Source of the DNA: an uncultured Acidobacteriota bacterium
Lineage (GTDB): Bacteria > Acidobacteriota > Terriglobia > Acidiferrales > UBA7541
Length of the DNA: 64,000 bases
NCBI GenBank assembly: GCA_963740695.1
Contig: CAVUFU010000011.1
Location: 91,986 to 155,985 of the forward strand
Direction of reading: 5' to 3'
Positions within the stretch are counted from its first letter, which is position 1. The number at the start of each line of letters is the position of its first letter. Shown piece by piece: positions 26,549 through 35,005 of the stretch. A program made the translations under genes and the position numbers. The notes under the pieces were generated by a model, which was not told where the DNA came from, searched no databases, and worked only from the letters and a program-made list of their open reading frames with translations.

Positions 26549-27004
26549 TTAATTCAAAATGACCCGGAGCGTGCCGCGGCACCGGCGCTCTCCGCAACGA
26601 CAGGGGATCCGTCGGATTTTGACCGCGTAGCGGTAACTCACGGTCAGTTCTTCGCCAGAACGAATTTTCCGGAGGCTACATAAGTAAAGCCGGCTGCGGA
26701 CGCATCGCCACATCAAATTGGGCCGGCATGAATGGTTGATGAACTGAGCGCCGCTTCCGCCCGATCTGCCGTCCACGCACCAGGTGGAATTCATCGCGGC
26801 GATGTAGATATCGTTCGGGGGGTTGATCCTCGCGGCGTCTCCGTAAGTGAGGCGTTTTCCGGTGTATTCGATCACGCGGCGGTGGCGCGGAATCTCCTCA
26901 AGCGCAAAGACGCCGTAGCGATGCAGCGTGGAATGCGCGACCCGCAGCCGGTAGCGAGCCGCCTTCGGATTGATCTGGCGCGACTTGGGGCTGGATGCTT
27001 TCAT
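26549..27004 (-). CDS. SET-domain protein-lysine methyltransferase-like protein (copy A).
   Basis: RYRLRVAHSTLHRYGVFA..., FINHSCRPN, GEELTVSYRY and post-SET CRCGERRCRGT. Confidence 0.85.
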   Translation of the reverse strand: MKASSPKSRQINPKAARYRLRVAHSTLHRYGVFALEEIPRHRRVIEYTGKRLTYGDAARINPPNDIYIAAMNSTWCVDGRSGGSGAQFINHSCRPNLMWRCVRSRLYLCSLRKIRSGEELTVSYRYAVKIRRIPCRCGERRCRGTLRVILN

Positions 27005-27096
27005 TTCATATCAGGACGAACGATTGATGCGAGCGCGCGGCAGGAGGCTTCGAATTTTCTGTTTCCGTTCCTTGCGGCGAGCCCGTCAAAGCGTCT

Positions 27097-28449
27097 TCAC
27101 AAATTATATTTGCGGCAGAGGTAATTCAGCCGGTTGCGGTCCACACCCAACAGGTTCGCCGCGTCCGCCTTCACGTGCTTGGCCTGCTCCAGCGCCTCCT
27201 CAATCCAGCGCCGTTCGAAGGCCTCGATTTCTCGGTCCAATTTGATGCCTGTGGACGGCAGCCGGAACCGCCCACGCGCGTCACGGCCGACGGACTGCAC
27301 GATTTCCGCCGGCAGATCCTTCAGGGTGATGGCGTCGCCGTCGGTCATGATCACCAGGCGCTGAATCGCGTTCTCCAGTTCGCGAACGTTCCCCGGCCAC
27401 GGATAGCGTTTCAGTGCCAGCATGGCGTCGTCGGCGATCTGCTTCGCGGGAAACCCGTTCGCCGCGGAATACACGCTCACGAAATAATCTGCCAGCACCG
27501 GAATATCTTCCACCCGTTCGCGCAGCGCCGGAACGAATATAGGCACCACGTGAATCCGGTAATAAAGGTCCTCGCGGAATCGGTCCTGCCGCACCATCTC
27601 TTCCAAGTCTTCGTTCGTCGCGCTCACGAGCCGAAAATCCACGCGGATGGATTTTTTCCCGCCGAGGCGCGTCAGCGAACGGTCCTCCAGCACCCGCAGC
27701 AATTTGCTCTGCAGCGCCGGCGTGAGCGTCGCAATTTCATCCAAAAATAGTGTCCCTTGGTGCGCCAGCTCGATGCGGCCTTCTTTCATCGCGACGGCGC
27801 CGGTAAACGCGCCGCGCTCGTAGCCGAAAAGCTCCGCCTCCATCAATCCTTCCGGCAGCGCGGCGCAATTCACGCCGATGAACGCCCGGCTGCGCCGCGG
27901 ACTCTGCTCATGCAGCGCGCGCGCCACCAATTCTTTCCCGACGCCGCTTTCCCCGCGGATGATCACGTTAGTCGTCGCGCGGGCCATCCGCTTGATCGAA
28001 TCGAAGACGTGGCGCATGGCGTCCGTAGCGCCGATCAAATCTCCCAGCGTATTTTTGCGGCTGATTTCGTCGCGCAGGATGCGATTCTCTCGCTGGATGT
28101 GGAGTTTTTCGATGGCGCGCTCGAGCAACAGCCGCAGCACGTCCGTATCAATCGGCTGAATGAAATAATCGTAGCAGCCCGCGTCAATCACTTTCAGCGC
28201 CGTGGATTTCGTCTGATCGGTGCTCAGAACGATCACCAGCGTGTCGATGTCTCCGCACGCGAGGCGGCTCAGCATCTCCGTGCATTCGCGCAGTCCGCCG
28301 GATTCCATCGGCAGCGCAAGGAGCAGCACGTCCAGGCTCGCTTCCTGCAAGAGCCGGTAAGCAGTCTCGTAGTCCTCGCCCTCGATTACCTCAAAATCCG
28401 AACGCAGCTTCGCCACGATGCTCGCGCGCATGGCCGCGTCATCATCCAC
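27097..28449 (-). CDS. Sigma54-dependent transcriptional activator (NtrC family): receiver-like domain + AAA+ domain + Fis-type HTH.
   Basis: Walker A GESGVGKE, the GAFTGA loop (ERGAFTGAV) and a C-terminal HTH (AANLLGVDRNRLNYLCRKYNL). The receiver is degenerate (see findings). The listed start is GTG. The frame stays open upstream (AKIAI-VDDD) with only ATT/ATA codons there, so the start is uncertain. Confidence 0.88.
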   Translation of the reverse strand: MDDDAAMRASIVAKLRSDFEVIEGEDYETAYRLLQEASLDVLLLALPMESGGLRECTEMLSRLACGDIDTLVIVLSTDQTKSTALKVIDAGCYDYFIQPIDTDVLRLLLERAIEKLHIQRENRILRDEISRKNTLGDLIGATDAMRHVFDSIKRMARATTNVIIRGESGVGKELVARALHEQSPRRSRAFIGVNCAALPEGLMEAELFGYERGAFTGAVAMKEGRIELAHQGTLFLDEIATLTPALQSKLLRVLEDRSLTRLGGKKSIRVDFRLVSATNEDLEEMVRQDRFREDLYYRIHVVPIFVPALRERVEDIPVLADYFVSVYSAANGFPAKQIADDAMLALKRYPWPGNVRELENAIQRLVIMTDGDAITLKDLPAEIVQSVGRDARGRFRLPSTGIKLDREIEAFERRWIEEALEQAKHVKADAANLLGVDRNRLNYLCRKYNL

Positions 28450-28671
28450 TATGGCAATTTTTGCTCTGGGAGCCCCGGGTGCGATGAGCCATCTCCAGTG
28501 CGAACACGGCCGTTTCGCACAAAGCGTGAAGTTAAATCCGATCCCGCGTTGCCGAGATTTTAGGTGCCCACCGTCCGCATGTCAACGCCGCAAGCGCGTC
28601 TTTCGCCGCAAAGTCGCTGTGAAGCAGTACAATTTCGCAGGCCCGTAACCGCCTTGGAGTAGCGCGGCAAT

Positions 28672-29220
28672 ATGACGTCTGAACCCGGATCGCAGCCGTC
28701 TGCGATGCACACCAGGCGCGTCCTGGCTCTCGTCGGGACGGGAGTCTTTCTCGTTCTGGCACCTGGTTTCTTGGTTGTCCTCGTCCCTTTTTGGATCTCC
28801 CGCTGGGGGATTCAACCGCCGCTTCTGGGATTCATGGCGTTTCGCATACTTGGCGTCGTGTTGATGGCCGCGGCCTTGCCTGTATTGCTCGAATCATTCG
28901 CGCGCTTTGCGCTGCAGGGGCTTGGCACGCCGGCGCCCATATTCCCGACGCAACATTTGATCGTGAAAGGCTTCTATCGGTACGTGCGCAATCCCATGTA
29001 TGTCGCGGTCGTATCGATGGTGCTCGGACAAGGCCTTTTCTTCGGCAACCCGCAGGTGCTCGTCTACGGCTTTATTGCGTGGCTGGGCACATTCTTGTTT
29101 GTGCTCAGCTATGAGGAGCCCACACTCCGCAGAACCTTCGGCGCTGAATATGAGACGTATCGCGCGAACGTGCCACGGTGGATTCCGCGCCTTACGCCTT
29201 GGCGCAGCAGCACGAATTGA
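28672..29220 (+). CDS. Isoprenylcysteine carboxyl methyltransferase (ICMT/PEMT)-family membrane methyltransferase.
   Basis: TM-rich protein with LIVKGFYRYVRNPMYVAVV...EEPTLRRTFGAEYETYRANVPRWIP, the typical ICMT-family C-terminal motif. Confidence 0.65.
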   Translation: MTSEPGSQPSAMHTRRVLALVGTGVFLVLAPGFLVVLVPFWISRWGIQPPLLGFMAFRILGVVLMAAALPVLLESFARFALQGLGTPAPIFPTQHLIVKGFYRYVRNPMYVAVVSMVLGQGLFFGNPQVLVYGFIAWLGTFLFVLSYEEPTLRRTFGAEYETYRANVPRWIPRLTPWRSSTN

Positions 29221-29404
29221 GATTGTATCTACAGACCTAACGCCCGATCGTCTCATTCATGCCCGTTCTGACGCCAGGCGGCCCACGCAACTTTCGACCC
29301 GGATGAGTGTTTAATAGGGTGGAAGAAGACGGACGATGACAGTAGAAATCGTCTGAATGCAGTGAGTTACAGAGAGGCTTCATCGGCTCGGAAGGGGCCC
29401 AATT

Positions 29405-29920
29405 ATGAGATACACCAAGTACTTCATGATTTTCGCTTTATTCGGACTTTGCTTAGCGATCGCGCCGAACGCGCATGCGCAACGCGTTGTCGTCGGCGTG
29501 GGAGTCGGACCTGGGTACGTGGATCCAGCTCCCGTCTGCGCTTACGGATACTATGGATATTACCCGTACGCTTGCGCACCCTACGGCTACTATGGCCCTA
29601 GCTGGTTCTCCGGCGGCCTATTCATTGGCGCCGGCCCGTGGTATCGCGGCGGCTATTGGGGTCGCTCCGGATACTGGGGACGTCCTGGATGGGGCGGGTA
29701 CGGCGGCCACGGTTACTACGGCGGTCATGGCTACTACGGCGGCCGCGGATATGTAGGACACGGTGAGGTTGGCGGCGGTTACCGCGGCGGCAGCGCCTAT
29801 CGCGGTGGCAACAGCTTCCACGGCGGCGGTAGCTTTCACGGAAGCGCCTCTCACGGTGGGGAGGGTTTCCACGGAGGTGGCGGCGGCCACGGCGGCGGCC
29901 ACGGTGGCGGCCACAGGTAA
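29405..29920 (+). CDS. Secreted low-complexity Gly/Tyr/His-rich protein.
   Basis: Sec signal peptide (FALFGLCLAIAPNAHA). It is followed by YGYYGYYPY, GGYWGRSGYWGRPGWGGYGGHGYYGGHGYYGG and a C-terminal HGGGGGHGGGHGGGH tail. Confidence 0.7.
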   Translation: MRYTKYFMIFALFGLCLAIAPNAHAQRVVVGVGVGPGYVDPAPVCAYGYYGYYPYACAPYGYYGPSWFSGGLFIGAGPWYRGGYWGRSGYWGRPGWGGYGGHGYYGGHGYYGGRGYVGHGEVGGGYRGGSAYRGGNSFHGGGSFHGSASHGGEGFHGGGGGHGGGHGGGHR

Positions 29921-29946
29921 GTTCGACCTCGCGGTAAAAATTAAGC

Positions 29947-29982
29947 GGCCGGCAGCGAAAACTGTCGGCCGTTTCGTTTTTT
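29947..29982 (+). terminator. Intrinsic terminator after the Gly/Tyr-rich gene.
   Basis: GGCCGGCAG-cgaaaa-CTGTCGGCC stem (8 of 9 bp), followed by GTTTCGTTTTTT. Confidence 0.6.
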
Positions 29983-30140
29983 GAACCCCACAAGTTTTAC
30001 TGACTTCGCATCATTTGTGCCCCTAGCAATTTGCCTGAGCTTCCGTGAAACGAACTGCGCGTAAGTTGCACTATCCATCAAGCGAACATACCGAGCAGTC
30101 GGCCCTACCTCCCCGGCGAAAGACGAGATTGGAGAAGACC

Positions 30141-31550
30141 ATGAAAAGCGCAATCAGCCGCCGTGATTTTTTGGGTGCCACAGCAGGAGCAGCAGCTTCG
30201 GCAACTCTTCTCGGGATTTCATTTTTGGATGCGCTTCCCGCACAAGCCGCGTCTTCCTTCGTGCGGCGTGACGTGGGAGGCATGAGCGCGACGGACCCGG
30301 TGCTCGTATCGTACGGGAAGGCCGTCCAGGCGATGCAAGCGCTGCCCGATGCGAATCCGCTGAGCTGGGCCTACCAGGCAGCGATTCACGGCACGACACT
30401 ATCGGGCAGCAACACGGCTTGGGATACCTGCCAACACGGGAACTATTTCTTCTGGTCGTGGCACCGCATGTACCTCTATTGGTTCGAACGGATCATCCGC
30501 AAGATGGCCGACGACCCGTGTTGGACCTTGCCCTACTGGAATTATACTTCGGCGGCCGAGCGGACCCTCCCGCCGCCGTTTCGCGACGCTACAAGCCCGC
30601 TCTTTACGTCTAACCGCGGCGCCGGGTGGAATACGGGTGCGGCTTCCTTTCCATCAGGGGACGTGCAATATTCGGCGGCCTTGTCGCTCTCGAATTTCAC
30701 GAACGGCAGCAGCTCCATCGAGCAATCCCCACATAACAACGTTCACGTGGACATCGGAGGATGGATGGGCGTGGTGGACATGGCGGCGCAGGACCCGATT
30801 TTCTTCGTTCACCACAGCAATATCGATCGCTTGTGGGATATTTGGCTGGCACAGACTCCCGGAGCCGGCGACCCAGTGGGCGACGCGACATGGAAGAGCA
30901 AGCAATTTACATTCTTCGATGAGAACGGAAACCAGGTGCAGATGACCGGCTGCGAGGTATTGCGCGCTCAACAGCAGCTGGGCTACAGCTACGAGGGTGA
31001 GCCTGCCCAAGTGAGCCCGAAGTGCCTGCTAATCGTCCTGCCGCCCTGGCTGTTCACCGAAGAAGTCTTCGCGCAGCTGCCAGGCCCGCCTGTGGAGTTG
31101 ACCGGCGAGACGGTGTCCTTCCCTATCAATCTCGCCGAACTCAGGAAACGTATTGCTCCCGTACTCGAAGACAAGAACAAGACAATCTTTCTACAGCTGG
31201 ATGACGTGGAGACGGAGAATCCGCCGGGCGTGGTGTGGGATGTATTCGTTGGATTGCCCGAGAAGGGCGCGCCCGATACCGAAAGCCCTTACTTTGTGGG
31301 TAGCTTGGCGATGTTTGGTCCCGGGATTCGGACTTCAAAACATCATAACGCGCCCGCACACTTCCGTTTCGCGATCAACCGCGCTCTTTCGGCGGCGATG
31401 AGGAACGAATCGGAACGCACTGCGGTGACGTTCATTCCCCACGGCGTGTTGATCGAGGGGAAACCTTCACGGCCCGAAGTGAAGTCGCCGGTTCGCATCG
31501 GAAAAGCCTCGCTGATCGTGGAGACGAAAGAAGAAAACAAGAAGCAATAG
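30141..31550 (+). CDS. TAT-exported tyrosinase/polyphenol oxidase (type-3 copper) with a C-terminal extension domain.
   Basis: Twin-arginine signal MKSAISRRDFLGATAG. CuA region HGNYFFWSWHRMYLYWFE. CuB region PHNNVHVDIGG...DPIFFVHHSNIDRLWDIW. I prefer the ATG at 30141 (SD ggagaag) over the ORF-track start at 30045. Confidence 0.88.
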   Translation: MKSAISRRDFLGATAGAAASATLLGISFLDALPAQAASSFVRRDVGGMSATDPVLVSYGKAVQAMQALPDANPLSWAYQAAIHGTTLSGSNTAWDTCQHGNYFFWSWHRMYLYWFERIIRKMADDPCWTLPYWNYTSAAERTLPPPFRDATSPLFTSNRGAGWNTGAASFPSGDVQYSAALSLSNFTNGSSSIEQSPHNNVHVDIGGWMGVVDMAAQDPIFFVHHSNIDRLWDIWLAQTPGAGDPVGDATWKSKQFTFFDENGNQVQMTGCEVLRAQQQLGYSYEGEPAQVSPKCLLIVLPPWLFTEEVFAQLPGPPVELTGETVSFPINLAELRKRIAPVLEDKNKTIFLQLDDVETENPPGVVWDVFVGLPEKGAPDTESPYFVGSLAMFGPGIRTSKHHNAPAHFRFAINRALSAAMRNESERTAVTFIPHGVLIEGKPSRPEVKSPVRIGKASLIVETKEENKKQ

Positions 31551-31647
31551 CGGGCGAATCATTCGCAAGGGCGCGCGAGCGTCTGCCCGAGGATTGCCTC
31601 GACGTTCGGCGACGGCCTCTGCCGGAAGCAACGCGATCGCTTCGTCT

Positions 31648-32616
31648 CTACGAGCTTCCAATCCAAATTCCAACCGCGAATACCAATCCGCCTCCCACGA
31701 TTACTTGCAGCGCTGACGAAAAGATCGGCGTCTCCATGTAGCGGTGCCGCACCCAGCTGATGATTCCCAGTTCGACCACCACCACGACCACTGCGACAGT
31801 GAATGCCAGATGAAAACTCGGAATCAGGAACGGCAGCGTGTGTCCGAGCCCTCCCGTCGTGGTCATCGCGCCGGTGACTATCCCCCGCAGCACTGGCTTC
31901 CCTCTCCCGGTAAGCGAGCCGTCGTCCGAAAGAGCTTCGGTAAACGCCATGGAAATCCCTGCTCCCACCGACGCCGCCAGTCCCACCAGAAAAGCGTCTT
32001 TGGTCTTATGGGTAGCCAGCGCCGCAGCAAAAATCGGCGCGAGTGTCGAAACGGACCCATCTATCAGCCCCGCGAGCCCCGGCTGCACGATTTGCAGCAT
32101 GAAAAGGCGTTTGCGGGACTTGTCTTCTTCCTTGCGTTCGCCCGATACGGCCTGCTTTTCTTCGATCGTGGTGGCGGTGGCGTAATGCTGGCGCTCCACT
32201 TCCGCTAGATCGCCGATAAGTTTCCGCGTGGATGCGTCGGAGACGACGCCCAGCGCTTTTTGGTAAAAGCGCTCGGTCTCCAGCTCCATGATTTCGGCCT
32301 GCTTGCGTACCGTGGTGATGCCTAACGGACGCACCAGCCACTCCGGGCGGCGCTCGACGAATCCTTTCACGTCCTGCCGGCGGATCAGGGGAATGTGGTC
32401 GCCGAAACGGAGCTTGTACATGTCAATCAAGCTCTGGCGATGCCGGTTTTCTTCCGCCTGCATGTCCTCGAACATTTTCGCCGTGGCGGGATAGCTCTCG
32501 CGCAACCCCTCGGCGAAATCGCCGTATACACGGCCGTCTTCTTCTTCCAACTGGATCGCCAGCGCCAGAATTTGCTTCTCGCTGAGATCCCTGAACCGCT
32601 TCTTGGCCATGATCAT
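31648..32616 (-). CDS. Membrane-bound ferritin-like/VIT1 (CCC1) iron transporter family protein (MbfA-like).
   Basis: N-terminal erythrin/ferritin-like domain ([19 protein letters not shown]...[10 protein letters not shown]) and a C-terminal VIT1 membrane domain. I prefer the start at MIMAKKRF (32616/32610, SD AGGGGG) over 32742. Confidence 0.8.
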   Translation of the reverse strand: MIMAKKRFRDLSEKQILALAIQLEEEDGRVYGDFAEGLRESYPATAKMFEDMQAEENRHRQSLIDMYKLRFGDHIPLIRRQDVKGFVERRPEWLVRPLGITTVRKQAEIMELETERFYQKALGVVSDASTRKLIGDLAEVERQHYATATTIEEKQAVSGERKEEDKSRKRLFMLQIVQPGLAGLIDGSVSTLAPIFAAALATHKTKDAFLVGLAASVGAGISMAFTEALSDDGSLTGRGKPVLRGIVTGAMTTTGGLGHTLPFLIPSFHLAFTVAVVVVVVELGIISWVRHRYMETPIFSSALQVIVGGGLVFAVGIWIGSS

Positions 32617-32783
32617 CGCCCCCTGAGCGTGCTGGGTGAACCAGCGATTATATCCGGGCGGCGGCAAGTTTCGTGGCGCGGTGGCGCAACCGCCGCTCGC
32701 ACCACCCAAACCGAGAAGCCCAAGGGTGACGCCGCGCATCAAACCAGCGAGCGACTAGTGAGAAGATCCGATATGGTGCCGCG

Positions 32784-33785
32784 ATGAAAGCTTGCCTCCT
32801 AAAATCCCCCGCCCCGGTGACCTCGAATCCCCTGGTGTTTACCGACGTGCCGGTTCCGCAACCGCAGAAGGGCGAAGTTCTGGTGCGCGTGAAAGCGTGC
32901 GGAGTGTGCCGCACCGATTTGCACGTGATCGAAGGAGAATTGCCGCCGCGGAAATCGCCGGTGATTCCGGGGCACCAAATCGTGGGCACCATCGAAAAAT
33001 TGGGCGAAGGTTCGCGCCGCTTTCCGCTCGGCGCGCGGGTGGGAATTCCCTGGCTGCACAGCGCGGACCAGACTTGCGAATTCTGCCGCGCGGGGATGGA
33101 AAATCTTTGCGACCATCCTACATTTACGGGTTACACGGTTGACGGCGGTTACGCGGAATATGCCGTTGCGCCGGAGGACTTCGTCTACTCCATTCCCGAG
33201 GGTTTTCCTGACGAGCAAGCAGCGCCTTTGTTTTGCGCCGGAATCATCGGGTTTCGCTGCTTGCGCGTTTCCGGGATCAAGGCCGGTGGACCCATCGCTT
33301 TTTACGGCTTCGGCTCGGCCGCCAGCGTGGCAATCCAGGTGGCGCGCCACTGGGGCGTGGAGGTTTACGCGCCCACGCGCGGCAAGAAACATCAACAACT
33401 GGCGCTCGAGCTGGGAGCGGTATGGGCCGGCGAATCCGATGCGGCGCCGCCGGTGAAGTTGGATGCCGCGATTATTTTCGCGCCTGCCGGAGAGCTGGTG
33501 CCCGTCGCCTTGAAAGCGCTGAAAAAAGCCGGCGTGCTGGTCTTGGGCGGAATTCACATGAGCCCCATCCCGTCTTTCGATTACGATTTACTGTACGAGG
33601 AACGCGTGATACGCAGCGTGGCCAATAACACGCGGAACGACGGTGAAGACTTCTTGAAAATCGCGGCGGAAATTCCGGTGCGCACGCAGATCAATGTCTT
33701 CCCGCTGCAAGAGGCTAATCGCGCGCTCAACGATTTGAAGGCGGACCGCATCAACGGCTCCGCGGTGCTGGACTGCCGGATATGA
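32784..33785 (+). CDS. Zinc-dependent alcohol dehydrogenase (MDR superfamily).
   Basis: [18 protein letters not shown] and the structural Zn Cys cluster [12 protein letters not shown]. Confidence 0.88.
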   Translation: MKACLLKSPAPVTSNPLVFTDVPVPQPQKGEVLVRVKACGVCRTDLHVIEGELPPRKSPVIPGHQIVGTIEKLGEGSRRFPLGARVGIPWLHSADQTCEFCRAGMENLCDHPTFTGYTVDGGYAEYAVAPEDFVYSIPEGFPDEQAAPLFCAGIIGFRCLRVSGIKAGGPIAFYGFGSAASVAIQVARHWGVEVYAPTRGKKHQQLALELGAVWAGESDAAPPVKLDAAIIFAPAGELVPVALKALKKAGVLVLGGIHMSPIPSFDYDLLYEERVIRSVANNTRNDGEDFLKIAAEIPVRTQINVFPLQEANRALNDLKADRINGSAVLDCRI

Positions 33786-33825
33786 TGCCGCCAATTTCGC
33801 ATTTCGAGCCAAACGGAAATACCGC

Positions 33826-34479
33826 ATGAAAATACGGTCGCTCAACGTGGCGCTGCCGCGCCTGGTAGCCTGGAAGGGCCAGACATTTACCACCGGCATA
33901 TTCAAGGAACCAGTCCAAGGCCCGGTGATGATGCGGACCCTGGATTTGGACGGCGACCGGCAGGCGGATTTATCGGTGCATGGCGGGCCCTACAAAGCCG
34001 TCTACGCCTATCCGGCGGAACACTATCCTTTCTGGCGCTCGGAATTGCCGGAATTGGAATTGAAATGGGGCGCGTTCGGCGAAAATCTGACGACGGAAGG
34101 CCTGGACGAATCCAGCACGCATATCGGCGACCGTTTCCGCATCGGCGCGGCTACCGTGATGGTTACTCAGCCGCGCGTTCCATGCTTTAAACTGGCCGCA
34201 AAATTCCGGCGCGATGATATCTTGAAACGATTTCTCGCGAGCGGGCGCTCCGGCTTTTATTTTTCCGTGGTGGAAGAAGGCCTGGTGGCCGCCGGAGACA
34301 CGATCGAACGAATCCACGAAGACGAAAGCGGAATTTCCGTGAGCGATATCAATAAACTCTTCCGGGACGGACAAGATCTGGCGTTGCTGCGGCGCGCGAC
34401 GCAGCTGAAGCCGCTTCCAGTAGACTGGCGCGAGCACTTCATGGAGAAACTCTCCGTGCTGGAGCGCGAATCGTCGTGA
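33826..34479 (+). CDS. MOSC-domain protein (YiiM-like).
   Basis: GDRQADLSVHGG...GAFGENLT...MVTQPRVPCFKL, the conserved MOSC Cys context. Confidence 0.85.
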   Translation: MKIRSLNVALPRLVAWKGQTFTTGIFKEPVQGPVMMRTLDLDGDRQADLSVHGGPYKAVYAYPAEHYPFWRSELPELELKWGAFGENLTTEGLDESSTHIGDRFRIGAATVMVTQPRVPCFKLAAKFRRDDILKRFLASGRSGFYFSVVEEGLVAAGDTIERIHEDESGISVSDINKLFRDGQDLALLRRATQLKPLPVDWREHFMEKLSVLERESS

Positions 34480-34486
34480 TCGCCGG

Positions 34487-35005
34487 ATGAAAGTGGCTCC
34501 CAAGTTCATCCTGCACGAATCCTTTCGTGTGGGAATTTCGCTGAAGGGCGTCGGAGGCTTGTTCGAGGTCTTTGCCGGCGTGGTGCTGTGGCTGGTGAAG
34601 CCGCAGGCCATGAACGAAATCGTGCGGAAGATCTGCGCGGCGCTGCTGGTGGATGCGCCACACAGCACGATCGTCTTGCACGTGCTGAACGCCTCACAAA
34701 AACTGGCCGACAACGGTAGCACCCAATTCGCGGCCATGTACCTCGTTTCGCATGGCGTGGTGAAAACGCTGCTGGTAATCGCTCTATGGCTCGATAAACT
34801 TTGGGCCTATCCGCTCACCATCGTCGTTTTTAGCGCGTTCATGGGCTACCAGCTGCATCGCTTTACGCGCACACATTCCTGGGCGCTCATTTGGCTGACG
34901 GTATTCGACGCTGTGATTATTTATCTGACGTGGAAGGAATATCAGCAACTGCAGACGAAGCAGCAGCAAAAAGCAGCGGGAGCCGGCGGAAATATCGAGG
35001 TTTGA
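34487..35005 (+). CDS. DUF2127-family membrane protein.
   Basis: FRVGISLKGVGGLFEVFAGVVLW... and about four TM segments. Confidence 0.6.
   Translation: MKVAPKFILHESFRVGISLKGVGGLFEVFAGVVLWLVKPQAMNEIVRKICAALLVDAPHSTIVLHVLNASQKLADNGSTQFAAMYLVSHGVVKTLLVIALWLDKLWAYPLTIVVFSAFMGYQLHRFTRTHSWALIWLTVFDAVIIYLTWKEYQQLQTKQQQKAAGAGGNIEV

Noticed and set aside
27175-28563. Plus-strand ORFs 27175..27750 and 27757..28563.
   Set aside because: They are antisense to the sigma54 activator gene and have a spurious high-GC composition.
29475-29993. Alternative-frame ORFs overlapping the Gly/Tyr-rich gene on both strands.
   Set aside because: They are a by-product of the GGY/GGC-rich repeat. Only the 29405..29920 frame has a signal peptide and a plausible start.
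30045-30140. An upstream extension of the tyrosinase ORF.
   Set aside because: The TAT signal (SRRDFLG) must sit near the N-terminus, and the ATG at 30141 has a good SD.
32617-32742. An upstream extension of the MbfA-like ORF ([14 protein letters not shown]...).
   Set aside because: The ferritin-like domain starts at [13 protein letters not shown]. An AGGGGG SD precedes the ATG pair at 32616/32610.
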